Source: an uncultured Planctomycetota bacterium | GTDB taxonomy: Bacteria; Planctomycetota; Planctomycetia; Isosphaerales; Isosphaeraceae | Assembly: GCA_963845755.1 (NCBI GenBank) | Contig: CAWJTV010000029.1 | Coordinates: 192,001 to 256,000 of the forward strand | Reading direction: 5' to 3' | Length of the DNA stretch: 64,000 nucleotides | Shown here: one piece after another, positions 54,901-64,000 of the stretch | How the letters are laid out: the number at the start of each line of letters is the position of its first letter | How positions within the stretch are numbered: the first letter of the stretch is position 1 | Translations under genes and position numbers: made by a program | Notes under the pieces: generated by a model | What the model saw: only the letters and a program-made list of their open reading frames with translations | What the model was told of the DNA's origin: nothing | The model's database searches: none

Positions 54901-55223
54901 AGGCCAGGTCCAAGGCCGGCCGCGAGTCTGTGCTCGTGCGAAGAGGAGACCTCGTCGACACCGTCGTCGATCGGCCGGACGAGGGTCGGGAAATCGACAT
55001 CCGGGAGGTCCATCCGGACCACCCGAGCGAGATCCCGGAGCCCGTTCCTGGACTGAGAGGCGTCGCGGAGGATGCTCATCCAGACGTCACGTATGTCGCC
55101 GGCGCGGGAGAGGAATCCGGTCGATCGGCCGGCCTTCTCCGCGACGACACGGGCGCTCGCCGGGTCTGGGTAATTGCGGACCAAGAGGTCCAGGAGACCG
55201 GTCAAGGAGTCGTCCCAACTCAT
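51837..55223 (-). CDS. EAD1-like N-terminal domain + STAND/NB-ARC-like NTPase + helical repeats (local compensating frameshifts near 54240-54290)
   Basis: L...YPDPASAR.V..AG...W..IL..A; FVGR..EL, GLGGAGKT, LLVLDGLE, LITTR, HALTL, HPAVRDHF. Confidence 0.8.
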   Translation of the reverse strand: MSWDDSLTGLLDLLVRNYPDPASARVVAEKAGRSTGFLSRAGDIRDVWMSILRDASQSRNGLRDLARVVRMDLPDVDFPTLVRPIDDGVDEVSSSHEHRLAAGLGPGLEPTAGADRLADLHEGIVHPLPSAPLFVGRVEELDAVRGFWRGAADGHVLALIGLGGAGKTAIASAFVSGLLDPAAGADRPDGLFVWSFYVDQDVSNFLRHAYRYFSRGLKPESSGAGLLYRLTEMLDDGGRNLLVLDGLERVQRPPGDLKRGFGELEDPLLRQAVTRLAAGAGRTRCLITTRFPVPDLHGWEGCGYARREVDRARPAGGAAAPATARGPGGRSGVDAVLDEYGSHALTLDHVGAYLAAFCDGEPAAAARLEEPRLDSDTLEERKLARVLRAYEKSLSSRELDLLVRFCLFRTGASSEALHSIFSRTDVPALCGDLSGCTEAEFGRLARLHLLLPEPGGGYTAHPAVRDHFYRIFTDASAAHRVVGKKLMFDCGLDVAHEWEKVSKVEVMHLQDLFLREFRECHFKVECFNLSDFSGRLRGFLSRHGQRLSRACAGRIDGCIRDLEDGSAAIPLPDLELSDGQSYTNDDLRISWQLWLHRSALSPSDGESDACEYVVVPWYDNVRCCFSSRGIGPGRRDFERLSWSSIGDAGSRQPHEDWLLFLDYEVVLGARKKLIDQLRGFLSRHEQRLSRASVGRIDDCIRSLEDGSDDFEVPDIEPNTSGVTLRFRPGSANPEDPALLDALEEVIYHTVHSGNEAEAYGLYSRRMGGREHLGKVLGEFARGARILRYFRACPNDLDLAWYLRGVGDLRASFDLLSKVRPIWSGAVLCLRGFLPRVVRDKVGWQHSRAIAAFLMGRPDALDVPFDLGWGEALVNADLPLMKGEFARARAVAAADLEGFKGALRHVPEQVRTRLVLAEVDRREGHADRALAGLEREAPWILRSGSAEHLCQYHLIRARAMTDRGEYEAADSESREGLILARQCGLGLAHVDFLNLRSRLALARAHSIPDRGSPQRGAFLEAAERSALGALNGILTEDGAPASRPDLPLGELVAPGAQHPECEYAWGAADALVLLGEVLTEQGRFSLARDALRRACDLQSTLQCPELARTEERLSQLGPRGLETGLGPRL
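53102..53618. repeat. 94-bp in-frame internal direct repeat (53102-53195 and 53525-53618)
   Basis: LRGFLSRH(G/E)QRLSRA..GRID.CIR.LEDGS twice, 423 bp apart. Confidence 0.9.
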
Positions 55224-55622
55224 AAACTCGCACCGAAACACGCGTGATTCATGGACGTCGCGGGTCAGCAGGACGGGTCATACGCGAAAACACGACCGAC
55301 ATCTCGTGAGAATGCCCTTTGATTCAAATCCGCATTCTTCCTGGCGATCGAGGGTTTCGAGAGATGGCCATTGTCCCGCCCGAGGCGACGCGACGCAAGC
55401 GCGTCAAGGTCCGCGACCGAAACGAGGTGCTCTGCGCCGGCGGGGGGCGTCAGGGCGAGGCAGAAGCTTTTCGAGCTGAGCTCATGGTCCAAGATTCGGC
55501 AGCGCAGCCACCATCGCGCCCCAGGGGCCGCTGCTGTCTGACACTCTGTCCGAACCACGAACGGCGTTTTGAGACGGGCCGCACCGAGGTCCGGCCGATC
55601 ACCGAGCGGCAGCTTCCGGAGG

Positions 55623-56970
55623 TCAGATGCTTTGCACGTCGGCCATGTACACATTATCGCAATGGCCGGCATCAGAGTTGTAGATGACCCAGCGGTCGTC
55701 GGGGCTGAAACTAGGGTGGCCGTGGCTGGCCTGGGTGTCGCCAGGAGCTCCCGTGCCAGGCGAGGCGGCGGATCTGGACGTGTCCGTTGATGTGCGTCAT
55801 CAGCCCGATGTACTGGTTGCCGTCCTTGTCACTGGCGGAAAGGTAGGCCCCGTCGCCGACCACCAGCGTATTGTCGGAATTCGACTGCACGTGTCCGGGC
55901 CGGGGTCCCGGGAAGCGGTACTGACGGACCCACGTGCCGTCGGGGAGGATGAAAGCGTTATACTCCTCGCGGCCGCCCTCGCGGTCCAGCGTGTACTGGA
56001 ATCCCACATCGCCCTGCCGCGTGAAGTACTCGTGCACGCACGATTCACCAGGCCTCTGGGGATACAGCGGCGCAGCCTTGCGCGCCTGCTGGTGGCGCAG
56101 GTCCACGATCCACATCCGCTGCTGCACGCAGGTGCTCCCACCCTCGTGACAGAAGAGGATCAGGTTCGGATCGGTGGGGTGGATCAGGACGTGGCTGATC
56201 CAGGTCGCCTCGCCCCAGGGGGCCACCGCGTCGCCCGTCTCGGTGTCGATCCGCATGACGACCGAGTGAGGATGCTGATAAAAGCGCTCGTGCATCGTGG
56301 AGTAGATGCGGCCGGTCTCCGTGCTCTGCGCGGTCTCCTCGATATAGGCGAAGGCCACGTAGCGGCCGTCGGCGGTGCAGGTGGGCAGGGCCGGCTTGAA
56401 CCCGGCCGGCACGCGGTACAGTTCGCGGTCCTTCAGCGTGTTCGTGTCAACCGCCCGGAGCACCCGGTCGTCGAAGTAGAAGAGCCGGCCGCCCCGCGCC
56501 AGGCATGCCATGTTGGGCTCGAGCTTTTGGCCGGCGGTCAGTTGCACCAGGCGCGCGGCAGGGATGTCCAGCAGGTGCCACTGGTACGTGCCGGTGCGGT
56601 TCGAGATGAAGACGGTGTTGTCGGCGTCGTTTCCGACGAAGGCCCAGGAGGTGAAGTACGGGTGGATGTTGCTCGATCCGTCGCCGGTGAGCCGGCGGAC
56701 GCGACCGCCCGTTTTCGGGTCCTTCGACTCCTTGATCTCGCCGCGGACGTCCTGGACCCTGCCCCGGCCACCGCTCGCCGCCGGCGCGGCGGCGCCGGTC
56801 GCTGGTTTCGGTTCCTGCTCAGGCTCGGCGGCCACCAGCGGGTTCGCCGCCGCCATCGAGACGGCCGCCGCGCCGCCGGCCGCGGCCAGACCCGTGAGGA
56901 AGTGTCAACGGTCAACACGGTTCCCTTGCGAGATAACACGGTCGGACTCTGACCTCTCTCGACTCGCCAT
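55623..56970 (-). pseudogene. Oligogalacturonate lyase (Ogl)-family beta-propeller with in-frame TGA in the Tat motif and a frameshift near 55740
   Basis: DPKTG..V.RLT, HPYF, FCHEG, QRMW, HEYF, HP.FSPD; DR-stop-HFL at 56907. Confidence 0.65.
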
Positions 56971-57006
56971 GATCGTCCCCTTTCTGAGCGGCTTCACGAT
57001 CCCCGT

Positions 57007-58681
57007 TCACTCGCCCCGTTGCTTCAACCAGAGCAGCCACGGCCTCCAGTCGAGCGCCCCCAGGCTCAGCACCTTGCCTCCCTCGAGGCTGCCGCCGTAG
57101 GCGTCGAACACGGTGCCGAGGCTCAGGCCAATCCACTTCGCGTCGAACCGGCCGGGCGCGTCGGTGAGGTCGAGGTGAAACCCCCCGCGAAGCGATCTCC
57201 GCGATGGATCGCCGGGCGGCCTGCTGGACATGTAGATCAGGTAGCCTCGGCCGGGCTCGCCCAGGCACGAGACGACCTCGGGGTTGTCGACGACGTCGAG
57301 GGGTTTCATCCGCGGCAGGTCGGACGCCAGGTGTGTGCGGATGAACTCATAGACGGACAGGATGTGCTCGCAACCCAGCGGCATCTCGTACGTCGGCGGA
57401 TGCTCGCGCACGTAGTCGAGCCCGCGCAGCAGCATCGACCCTCCGGCCATCAGGAACGCCATCGTCTGCTCCTGATCCGCGCCGATGGTGAGCAGGAGGG
57501 CCTTGTTGGGGTAAAGACGCCGGTATTCTTTCACCTGCTGGTAGATTTGCGCGGGCGTCATCCGGCTCGCGCCGCCAACGTACCGCCCGGGCACGTCCTG
57601 ACCGCCCCGTGGCGCAACCAGGCCGCCGTCACGGGTCGAATGCCAGTAGCGTAGGTCGATCGTGTCGATCCGTGGCTTATGGCGGTCATCTTGAAGCACC
57701 GCGTCCACGACATCCCTGGTCGCACCCACCCCGATGTGCACTTTCCGGCCCGACTGCCGCTCCCATTCCAGGATCGTCTCGAGCCAGAACTGCAGGAACG
57801 CGAGCGGGCCGGTGTACTCCAGGCTCGTCAGGAACACGACATTGCGGTTGTCTCGCAGGTTGTCGAGGCAATGGGTGATGTACTGCCGGTGCAATTCACG
57901 CCGCAGACGATGCGTCGTGTCGTAGAACGCATGGGCCGCCGGCGTCGTGTCGGGCAGGTCCGTGGCCTGGATGCAGTTCACGGGGCGCCAGGGGAAGTCG
58001 CAGTAGTGGGCCTGCGTCTCCAGCAAGTTGTGCTGATTGTAGAAGTTGAAGACGAGGATGCACCCCTTGCGGTCGCACAGGTCGGCGAACTCCTTGATCC
58101 GGGCAAAATACCAGGGGTTGAATGTTGACAGGTCGTACAGGGGCAAGCCGTCCCACGCCTGACCTTGTTTGCTACGGCCCCAGGGCATCTCCAGGAACGG
58201 GCCGACGACGTTGCCGTCGCCGCGGCGCTGAACGTCGTGGGCGTCGCGCCGGCGGTCATACCACAACGGCGGAGTGTGCTCGAAGCCGGGGAAGCCATAC
58301 GTGCGGCATGCTGTCAGTCAGTTTGTCCAGATCCTCCGTCAGGTTGGGCCCGGACCGACCCGGTGCGTTCCGGATGAGACTGGGACGGAGCGGACAGTCC
58401 GTCCACCAGCCCGTGGGCAGGCCGCGATACCCTCCCCACCAGTCGTTATGCAGCCCATAGCCCCAGATGGCCCGCCCGTTCTGGAAGTACCAGCCGTTGG
58501 AGGTCGCCAGCGGAGCCGGCTCTCGAGGTCCCTGTTGCACCGAGGCAGCGTTCGGCGACGGACCGGCGGACACCGCGAGGCTTGCCCCACCCCCCAGTGC
58601 GGCCAGGCCCTCCAGGAAACGGCGGCGGCTCGTCCGATTCGCCTGCGAGTCGTCCGACGTCGACAGCGGTATCCGCCGCAT
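57007..58681 (-). CDS. Tat-exported DUF6298-like protein (frameshift near 58300)
   Basis: SRRRFL signal, LTEDLDKLTD.M, WYDRRRD.H, YDL..FNPWYF.R. Confidence 0.7.
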
Positions 58682-58984
58682 GTTCGCACCCGAACTTTCT
58701 CGTCGAGAGGACCACAATCCCCCACCCCTCTTCCTGACGTTTCAAACGCAGAGGCGGGCGGGGAGACGGAACGGTGTGCCGATCGTCAAGTTGCGACTCG
58801 AGTCCAGGAATCGTTCGTCCTCGTCTGCCGAGTTCGGGAACAGTTTACCACGACGGTGGACCCGCCATAAACACGCAAGCGAGGTACGCTTGGCGGGACT
58901 TGAGAGTTGCTCTATCAGTGATTTTATGAACACTGAATAAAAATCGGTGAGTTATACAACTCCCGTTCCGGTCCTGACCACGAC

Positions 58985-59413
58985 GTGCGGCTGGACAGGC
59001 TGGCACGGACGGCCAAGGGATTGACCAGCCTGTTCGAGGACCTGATCCGGCGGAAGGTGAATTTCATCAGCCTCAAGGACGGACTCGACCTGGTCACACC
59101 GGCGGGTCGGTTGATGGCGAACATCCTGGCCGGAGTTGCGGCCTACGAGACCGAGGTCCGGGCGAAAAGGATTCTCTCGGGCCAGGCCGCGGCGAGAGAG
59201 CGAGGTGTCCGCTGGGGCAGCTCGAACCGAGGCCGTCGAATCCGGGCCACAGTCGAACCGATCGCGGTCATGCGGCGCTTGAGGTCGGAGGGTGGAGAAA
59301 TCGCCGCGATCGCGAGGGCCACTCGGCTATCCCGCCCGACGATCTATCGGATTCTCGCCGAGGCTGTAACACCTCATCTGGATTCAGCGATGGAGGATCG
59401 GTCGGCAGGTTAG
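58985..59413 (+). pseudogene. 5'-truncated serine resolvase/invertase
   Basis: RLDRLAR, D..TPAGRL, C-terminal HTH (IARATRLSRPTIYR); catalytic YxRVS region absent. Confidence 0.82.
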
Positions 59414-59431
59414 CTTGCGGAACGGGTCCCG

Positions 59432-59463
59432 TGTAAGCTCTAGATTAGAAATCAGATGTTACA
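59432..59463. other. 32-bp recombination-site-like palindrome TGTAA-N22-TTACA
   Basis: Matches 59959-59990 in length and arms. Confidence 0.5.
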
Positions 59464-59624
59464 GAGGTGCGGGGTCCCGTGTCGGGGAAGTGGGGGAGCA
59501 AAACCGTGGAATGTCCGCCCAACGGGTCCGACCGAATTTGGAATCGCAGTTGCCAGGACTCTCGCCATGCCCTTACGACCCCGGAAGCGAAAAACGACGA
59601 TTTCCCTCAAGGGGGAGGTTTCCT

Positions 59625-59963
59625 ATGGACGGTAACATGGTCGGCCTGGTCGGCGGAATCGCCGGGGGAGTGGCCGGCGTCGTGGGAGGTATCGTCGGCA
59701 CGTACTTCAGCATCAAGAACACGAAGGGCCCCAGGGAGCGGGCCTTCGTGATCCGGGCCGCAGTCCTCTGTTGGCTTGGAGTCTCAGCCTTCCTGGATTG
59801 CCTCTTCGTGGTGCGCCTGTACTCCTGGGGTTCGCTGCTCTGGGTCGTCTATCTGCCGCTGCTGTTCTGGTTCATCAGATGGGCGAATGAGGGACAGGCC
59901 GGTGCCAGGGTCGAGGACATGACCCAGGCCGATCTGCCAGGCCGCCAAGCAGGTGGTGCGTAA
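59625..59963 (+). CDS. Small three-helix membrane protein
   Basis: GGAGG RBS; glycine-rich TM, GTYFSIKNTKGPRERAF. Confidence 0.78.
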   Translation: MDGNMVGLVGGIAGGVAGVVGGIVGTYFSIKNTKGPRERAFVIRAAVLCWLGVSAFLDCLFVVRLYSWGSLLWVVYLPLLFWFIRWANEGQAGARVEDMTQADLPGRQAGGA

Positions 59964-59990
59964 CCCTTCAGCTCTGATTCACGTGTTACG
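59959..59990. other. 32-bp recombination-site-like palindrome CGTAA-N22-TTACG
   Basis: Overlaps the stop codon of 59625-59963. Confidence 0.5.
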
Positions 59991-60026
59991 CCAAATGCCC
60001 GAAATGAGCATTCCGCCAGAAGGCGG

Positions 60027-60050
60027 GTCCGCTGCAGCCGGTTGTCAGAA
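60027..60050 (-). other. First half of an attC-like site (degenerate R'' plus L'')
   Basis: TTCTGAC-AACCGGCTGCAGCGGAC 10 bp after the VOC stop codon. Confidence 0.6.
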
Positions 60051-60060
60051 GGCCGTTGGT

Positions 60061-60456
60061 TCACGCGCGATTGAGCTGCCACGAGACACCGAAGCGATCA
60101 TTGACCCAGGCGAACTTCGTGCTGAACCCATAGCTCCCCGGCGGCATGAGGACCGAACCACCGTCCGAGAGTCGAGCGAACGCCTGATCCAGTTCGGACT
60201 CGCTCTCGCACTCCACGAATAAGGACATGGACGGGGTAAAGGTGAAGGCGTGCCTGATGGGGCTGTCGATGCAGATCACCGGTTGTCCGGCGAGTGTGCA
60301 GTCAGCCCGCTTGACGCTACCCTCCGAGCCCATTTCGCCTGGGCCATACCGCTCGATTCGCACGACCTGCGAACCCGGGAACAAGGTCACGTAGAAGTTC
60401 ATGGCCGCTTCGGCGGTCCCCTCGAACATCAGGAACGGAGTGACCGAATGTGCCAC
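60061..60456 (-). CDS. VOC / PhnB-like (3-demethylubiquinone methyltransferase family) protein
   Basis: TPFLMF.G.AE.AM.FY, F.FTP.MSL.V, W..DRFGVSWQL. Confidence 0.92.
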   Translation of the reverse strand: MAHSVTPFLMFEGTAEAAMNFYVTLFPGSQVVRIERYGPGEMGSEGSVKRADCTLAGQPVICIDSPIRHAFTFTPSMSLFVECESESELDQAFARLSDGGSVLMPPGSYGFSTKFAWVNDRFGVSWQLNRA

Positions 60457-60501
60457 CGTCTCATCCCTCCTCGACTGAGTCGCAAGACCATCGCCTGTGC
60501 C

Positions 60502-60521
60502 GCCTAACGCCCGGCTCAGCG
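60502..60521 (-). other. Second half of an attC-like site (L' plus R' GTTAGGC)
   Basis: CGCTGAGCCGGGC-GTTAGGC about 45 bp upstream of the VOC start. Confidence 0.65.
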
Positions 60522-61009
60522 ACCCGTGTCGTTATTCGACTGGAAAGCATGGTTACTCGTCCAGGCATTAGGCTGACAATTTCGACGGAGGTTCTGATTC
60601 GACGTACAAAATCTCTTTGATCCGTCTGGCATACTCACCCATTACACATCGAACACTTGCAAGTTTCCCCCTCCGGCGGTTGTCAGACGTTCATAATTCG
60701 GGCGATCGCCATTCCCAAAGATACCACGCCGCACGCCTGGTCGCACTACCCTTGAGCCCGCACGAGCCGGTCGCGACGCTGAGGGGAGAAGCGGTCTTTC
60801 GGGAAGACCGCCCCTCTTCGCACCGGTGACGGCTGTCTCTTCGGTCGTCCCATGGCGAGGGAGAGTGGGTTCCTACCGATCAAGCCCGGCGTCATTCTCA
60901 TTACCGGAAAGCTGCACCCTGCGGCAACGCTCCTGCTCAGGGCGATTTTTGGGACGAGTTAGCTCGCTTACCTTTTACATTGCACACGCCCTGAGGCACT
61001 GCGAATTCA

Positions 61010-61097
61010 CCCCCCGAACCCCCCTTCGCAAGGGGGGACAGGAAACGGGCATTTCCCGATCAATATCCCACCCTTGCGAAGGGGGGGTTCGGGGGGG
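61010..61097. repeat. REPIN-like long hairpin CCCCCCGAACCCCCCTTCGCAAGGGGGG...CCCTTGCGAAGGGGGGGTTCGGGGGG
   Basis: Nested inverted repeats. Confidence 0.85.
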
Positions 61098-61501
61098 TTC
61101 TTCGGGAGCAGGCTTCACGTGTGGGCCACACAACCGTGAGGCACTCGAGAGCTTCACGCTTGAATGGAGATCGCCGGACGGAGCCGGCTCCTACAAAACG
61201 ACGTTGGTCCGGCCGAAAGTCCGGGTGAAGGAAAGGACTCTGTCCCCCCGACCGTCAGCCACCCAAGCGTTAATCGCTCCTGGGAGGAGTTGCGTTCTGT
61301 CGCAGGTTCTTGCGCATCCGGACCGCGTTGACAACCGCCGGGGTTCCGGATAAAGTCCGGCCGCACGTCGCGACTGTGTCACGGCGGAACAGGGCTCCCC
61401 GCTCTCGGGCCGGGGGCTCATGGACGATGAGGAAACCGGGCGATCCCAAGGACGGAGACGCATTCCGGCAGGTGTTCCGTTCTGACGGGCGAGGGTGAAT
61501 C

Positions 61502-62659
61502 ATGGACGATGTCCCCGCCGGTCCGGCGAGCTTGGGGCCGCGGAGGCCGTCGCTCTCGGTGGTGGTTCCCGTGCGCAACGGGGGCCGCAACTTCGGGCGC
61601 TGCCTCCGGCGGCTCCGTGACTCCCTCCTGGCCGATTTCGAGCTGATCGTCGTCAACGACGGTTCGACCGACGATTCGGCCTCTCTCGCCCGGCAGGCGG
61701 GGGCGATCGTCGTTCGCAACCCGACCCCGCAGGGTCCCGCCGCCGCGCGGAACCTCGGCGCCAAGACCGCCTCAGCCCCCCTGATCTTCTTCCTGGACGC
61801 GGACGTTGCCGTCCACCCCGAAACCCTCGGTCGCGCGCTGGCGCGGTTCGATGCGGACCCGGGGCTCTCGGCGCTCTTCGGCTCCTACGACGATGCACCG
61901 GCCGCGCCGGGCCTGGTCAGCCAGTACCGAAACCTGCTCCATCATTTCGTCCATCAGAATGGACCATTCCTCGACAACATCCGGCCGGCCCATACCTTCT
62001 GGACCGGATGCGGGGTCATCCGACGGGAACACTTCCTCGAGTTCGGCGGGTTCGACCCGAGGCTCTATCCTCGTCCGGCGATCGAGGACATCGAATTCGG
62101 ATATCGACTGACCCGCGCGGGCCACCGCATCGTCCTGGCTCGCGACGTGCTGGCGACCCACCTGAAACGGTGGACGCTCCGCGAGATGGTCCGCACCGAC
62201 ATCTTTCAGCGGGGCGTACCGTGGATGCTCCTGATCCGGCGAACCGGGATCGTCGAGACCGACCTGAACGTCAAGGCCCAACAGAAGGCGTGCGTCGCCT
62301 TGACCGGATCGACGCTGATGGCCGCCGCAGGCAGCATCGTAGTCCCCTGGCTCGCCGGCCTGGTGGTGATGGGACTGGTCGCGATCGTCGCCTTGAACCG
62401 TGCGTTCTTCGCGTTCCTCGCCCGACGCCGCGGGACTGCATTTGCCTGCGCCGCGCTGCCGCTGCATCTGGTGTATTACTGCTGCTGCGGGCTTTCGGTC
62501 GTGATCGCAACGGTCTACTGGCAGTGGAACCGGCCGCGGATGGTCCCGGTGCGATCGCAGCCTCCGGAACGCGTCGATCGAGGGACTGTTCCGGCACCCC
62601 ATCTGGCCGCCGACCGGCAGGCCGCCGGTTCCCGGCGCAGCGGGCCGAAGTCGCCGTGA
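61502..62659 (+). CDS. Glycosyltransferase family 2
   Basis: SVVVPVRN, VNDGSTD, GPAAARN.G, FLDAD, IEDIEF. Confidence 0.93.
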   Translation: MDDVPAGPASLGPRRPSLSVVVPVRNGGRNFGRCLRRLRDSLLADFELIVVNDGSTDDSASLARQAGAIVVRNPTPQGPAAARNLGAKTASAPLIFFLDADVAVHPETLGRALARFDADPGLSALFGSYDDAPAAPGLVSQYRNLLHHFVHQNGPFLDNIRPAHTFWTGCGVIRREHFLEFGGFDPRLYPRPAIEDIEFGYRLTRAGHRIVLARDVLATHLKRWTLREMVRTDIFQRGVPWMLLIRRTGIVETDLNVKAQQKACVALTGSTLMAAAGSIVVPWLAGLVVMGLVAIVALNRAFFAFLARRRGTAFACAALPLHLVYYCCCGLSVVIATVYWQWNRPRMVPVRSQPPERVDRGTVPAPHLAADRQAAGSRRSGPKSP

Positions 62660-62678
62660 TCGCGCCTGGGAACTTCCG

Positions 62679-62785
62679 AACGCGGCCTTCGGCCGCAACC
62701 CAATCGGGATTCGAGATTCGAGATTCATAATTCCAGATGGGGAATGGTTCGGGAATCTTGGATTCGGAATCTTGAATCTTGAATT
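62679..62785. repeat. Dispersed hairpin element copy 2
   Basis: Same head and GGGGAATG-containing loop as 39333; heptamer arms differ. Confidence 0.85.
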
Positions 62786-62858
62786 GCCGGTATGCGCAGG
62801 GCGCGAAGATCCTATGGAGATCCACTCTGACCGTCCGCCAACTGACGTGAGCCCGACC

Positions 62859-64000
62859 ATGCGAATCGGAATTGACGGAAGCTGCCTGTCCAATCGCCGG
62901 GGATTCGGCCGGTTCGCGCGCGGCTACTCGAGGCACTCGCGCGTCGGGCGACTCATCATGAATTCCAGGTGTTCGTCGATCGCCCTTCCTCGGACTCCGT
63001 CGAAATCCCCGAGCGATTCGAACGGGTCGTGGTGGACGTCGGCGAGGCCCCGAGCCGGGCGGCGTCGGCCCAGGGACGTCAACGGTTCCGCGACATGATG
63101 AGCATGGGACGGGCTGTGGCGCGATCCGGCCTCGACCTGATCTACTTCCCCGCCACCTACAGTTTCTTCCCAGTCTGGAATGCGGGCAAGTTGGTCGTGA
63201 CCATGCACGACACCCTGCCGCTGTCGCATCCCGAGCTGATCTTCCCCCGGCTGAGCGGCCGGATCGCCTGGCGGCTCAAGGAGTCCGTCGCGGCGCACTG
63301 GGCCGACCGGATCGTGACGGTCTCCCAGTCCTCGCGCCGGTCCATCGAGGACTGGCTGGGGCGGGCCGACCCGCGGATCCGCGTCATCACCGAAGGCCCG
63401 GACCCCATCTTCGGCCCTCGTGCCGATGACGGCGTGACGGAGGCGACCCTTCGCCGGCATGGCCTTCACTCGGGCGAGCGATTCCTGCTCTACGTCGGGG
63501 GGCTGAGCCCGCACAAGAACTTGCTCCGCCTCGTCGCGGCCTTCGCGCGATCGGCCGAGGCCGATGTCCGCCTCGTCCTCACGGGTGATGTGAACGACGT
63601 CTTTCACACCCACGTCCCCGAGATCCGCGCGGCGATCGAACGCGATCAACTCGGCCAGCGCGTGCTGCTGACGGGGTTCGTCCCGGACGACGACCTCGTC
63701 CATCTCTACAACCGCGCTTACGCCCTGGTCCAGCCTTCGTTGCTGGAGGGATTCGGCCTTCCGGCCATCGAAGCGATGGCCTGCGGCACCCCCGTGATCG
63801 CGAGTCGAGCCGGATCGTTGCCGGAAGTGATCGGCGCGGCGGGTTGCTTTTTCGATCCGACCGATATCGACTCCATCGCCCAGGCCATCCGCGGCCTGCT
63901 GGCCGAGCCCGGCCGTCGCGATGAGCTGGCTCGATGCGCGCTCGAGCGATCCACGCACTTCACCTGGGATGCCGCCGCGCCGCCCTGCTCGACTGTTTCG
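62859..64000 (+). CDS. Glycosyltransferase family 4 (frameshift near 62925; runs to the window edge)
   Basis: MRIGID, TMHD, YVGG..PHKN, EGFGLPAIEAMACGTPV. Confidence 0.9.

Overview
High-GC bacterial window that looks like Planctomycetota, probably Isosphaeraceae-like; this is inferred from gene content and repeat families, not from a marker gene. Many ordinary genes (hemB, rne, ptsH, hpf and others) are broken by single-base indels. That points to long-read consensus errors, so frameshifts alone are not called as pseudogenes. Layout: (1) 0.7-1.7 kb, an Rpn/YhgA-like nuclease with a candidate nested small gene. (2) 2.3-15.9 kb, a 13.6-kb island with no visible integrase, bounded by a 506-bp direct repeat of the 3' end of hemL. 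It encodes an SNF2 helicase-DUF3883 nuclease, a DUF1156 adenine methylase and a DUF499 ATPase (restriction-like/BREX-related defence module). Its two internal junctions hold a REP-flanked RAYT, PIN toxin-antitoxin pieces, an ART-like gene pair and gene stubs. Copies of the helicase's own 3' end recur between these cassettes, echoing the hemL duplication at small scale. (3) 15.9-26.6 kb, core genes hemL, hemB, rne, TIGR03936, a PTS cluster and hpf. (4) 26.9-30.9 kb, three paralogous small PGP-hairpin membrane proteins around a DUF697 GTPase. (5) 31-44.5 kb, mostly ordinary genes. (6) 45-61 kb, an accessory patchwork: two sigma factors, a tannase lacking its active-site cysteines, an EAD1-STAND-TPR protein with an internal insert, Tat-exported enzymes, a truncated resolvase, dif-like sites and a decayed attC cassette. 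(7) Two glycosyltransferases. No rRNA, tRNA or CRISPR array was found. All alignments and counts were made by eye and family names come from motif recognition, not database searches.
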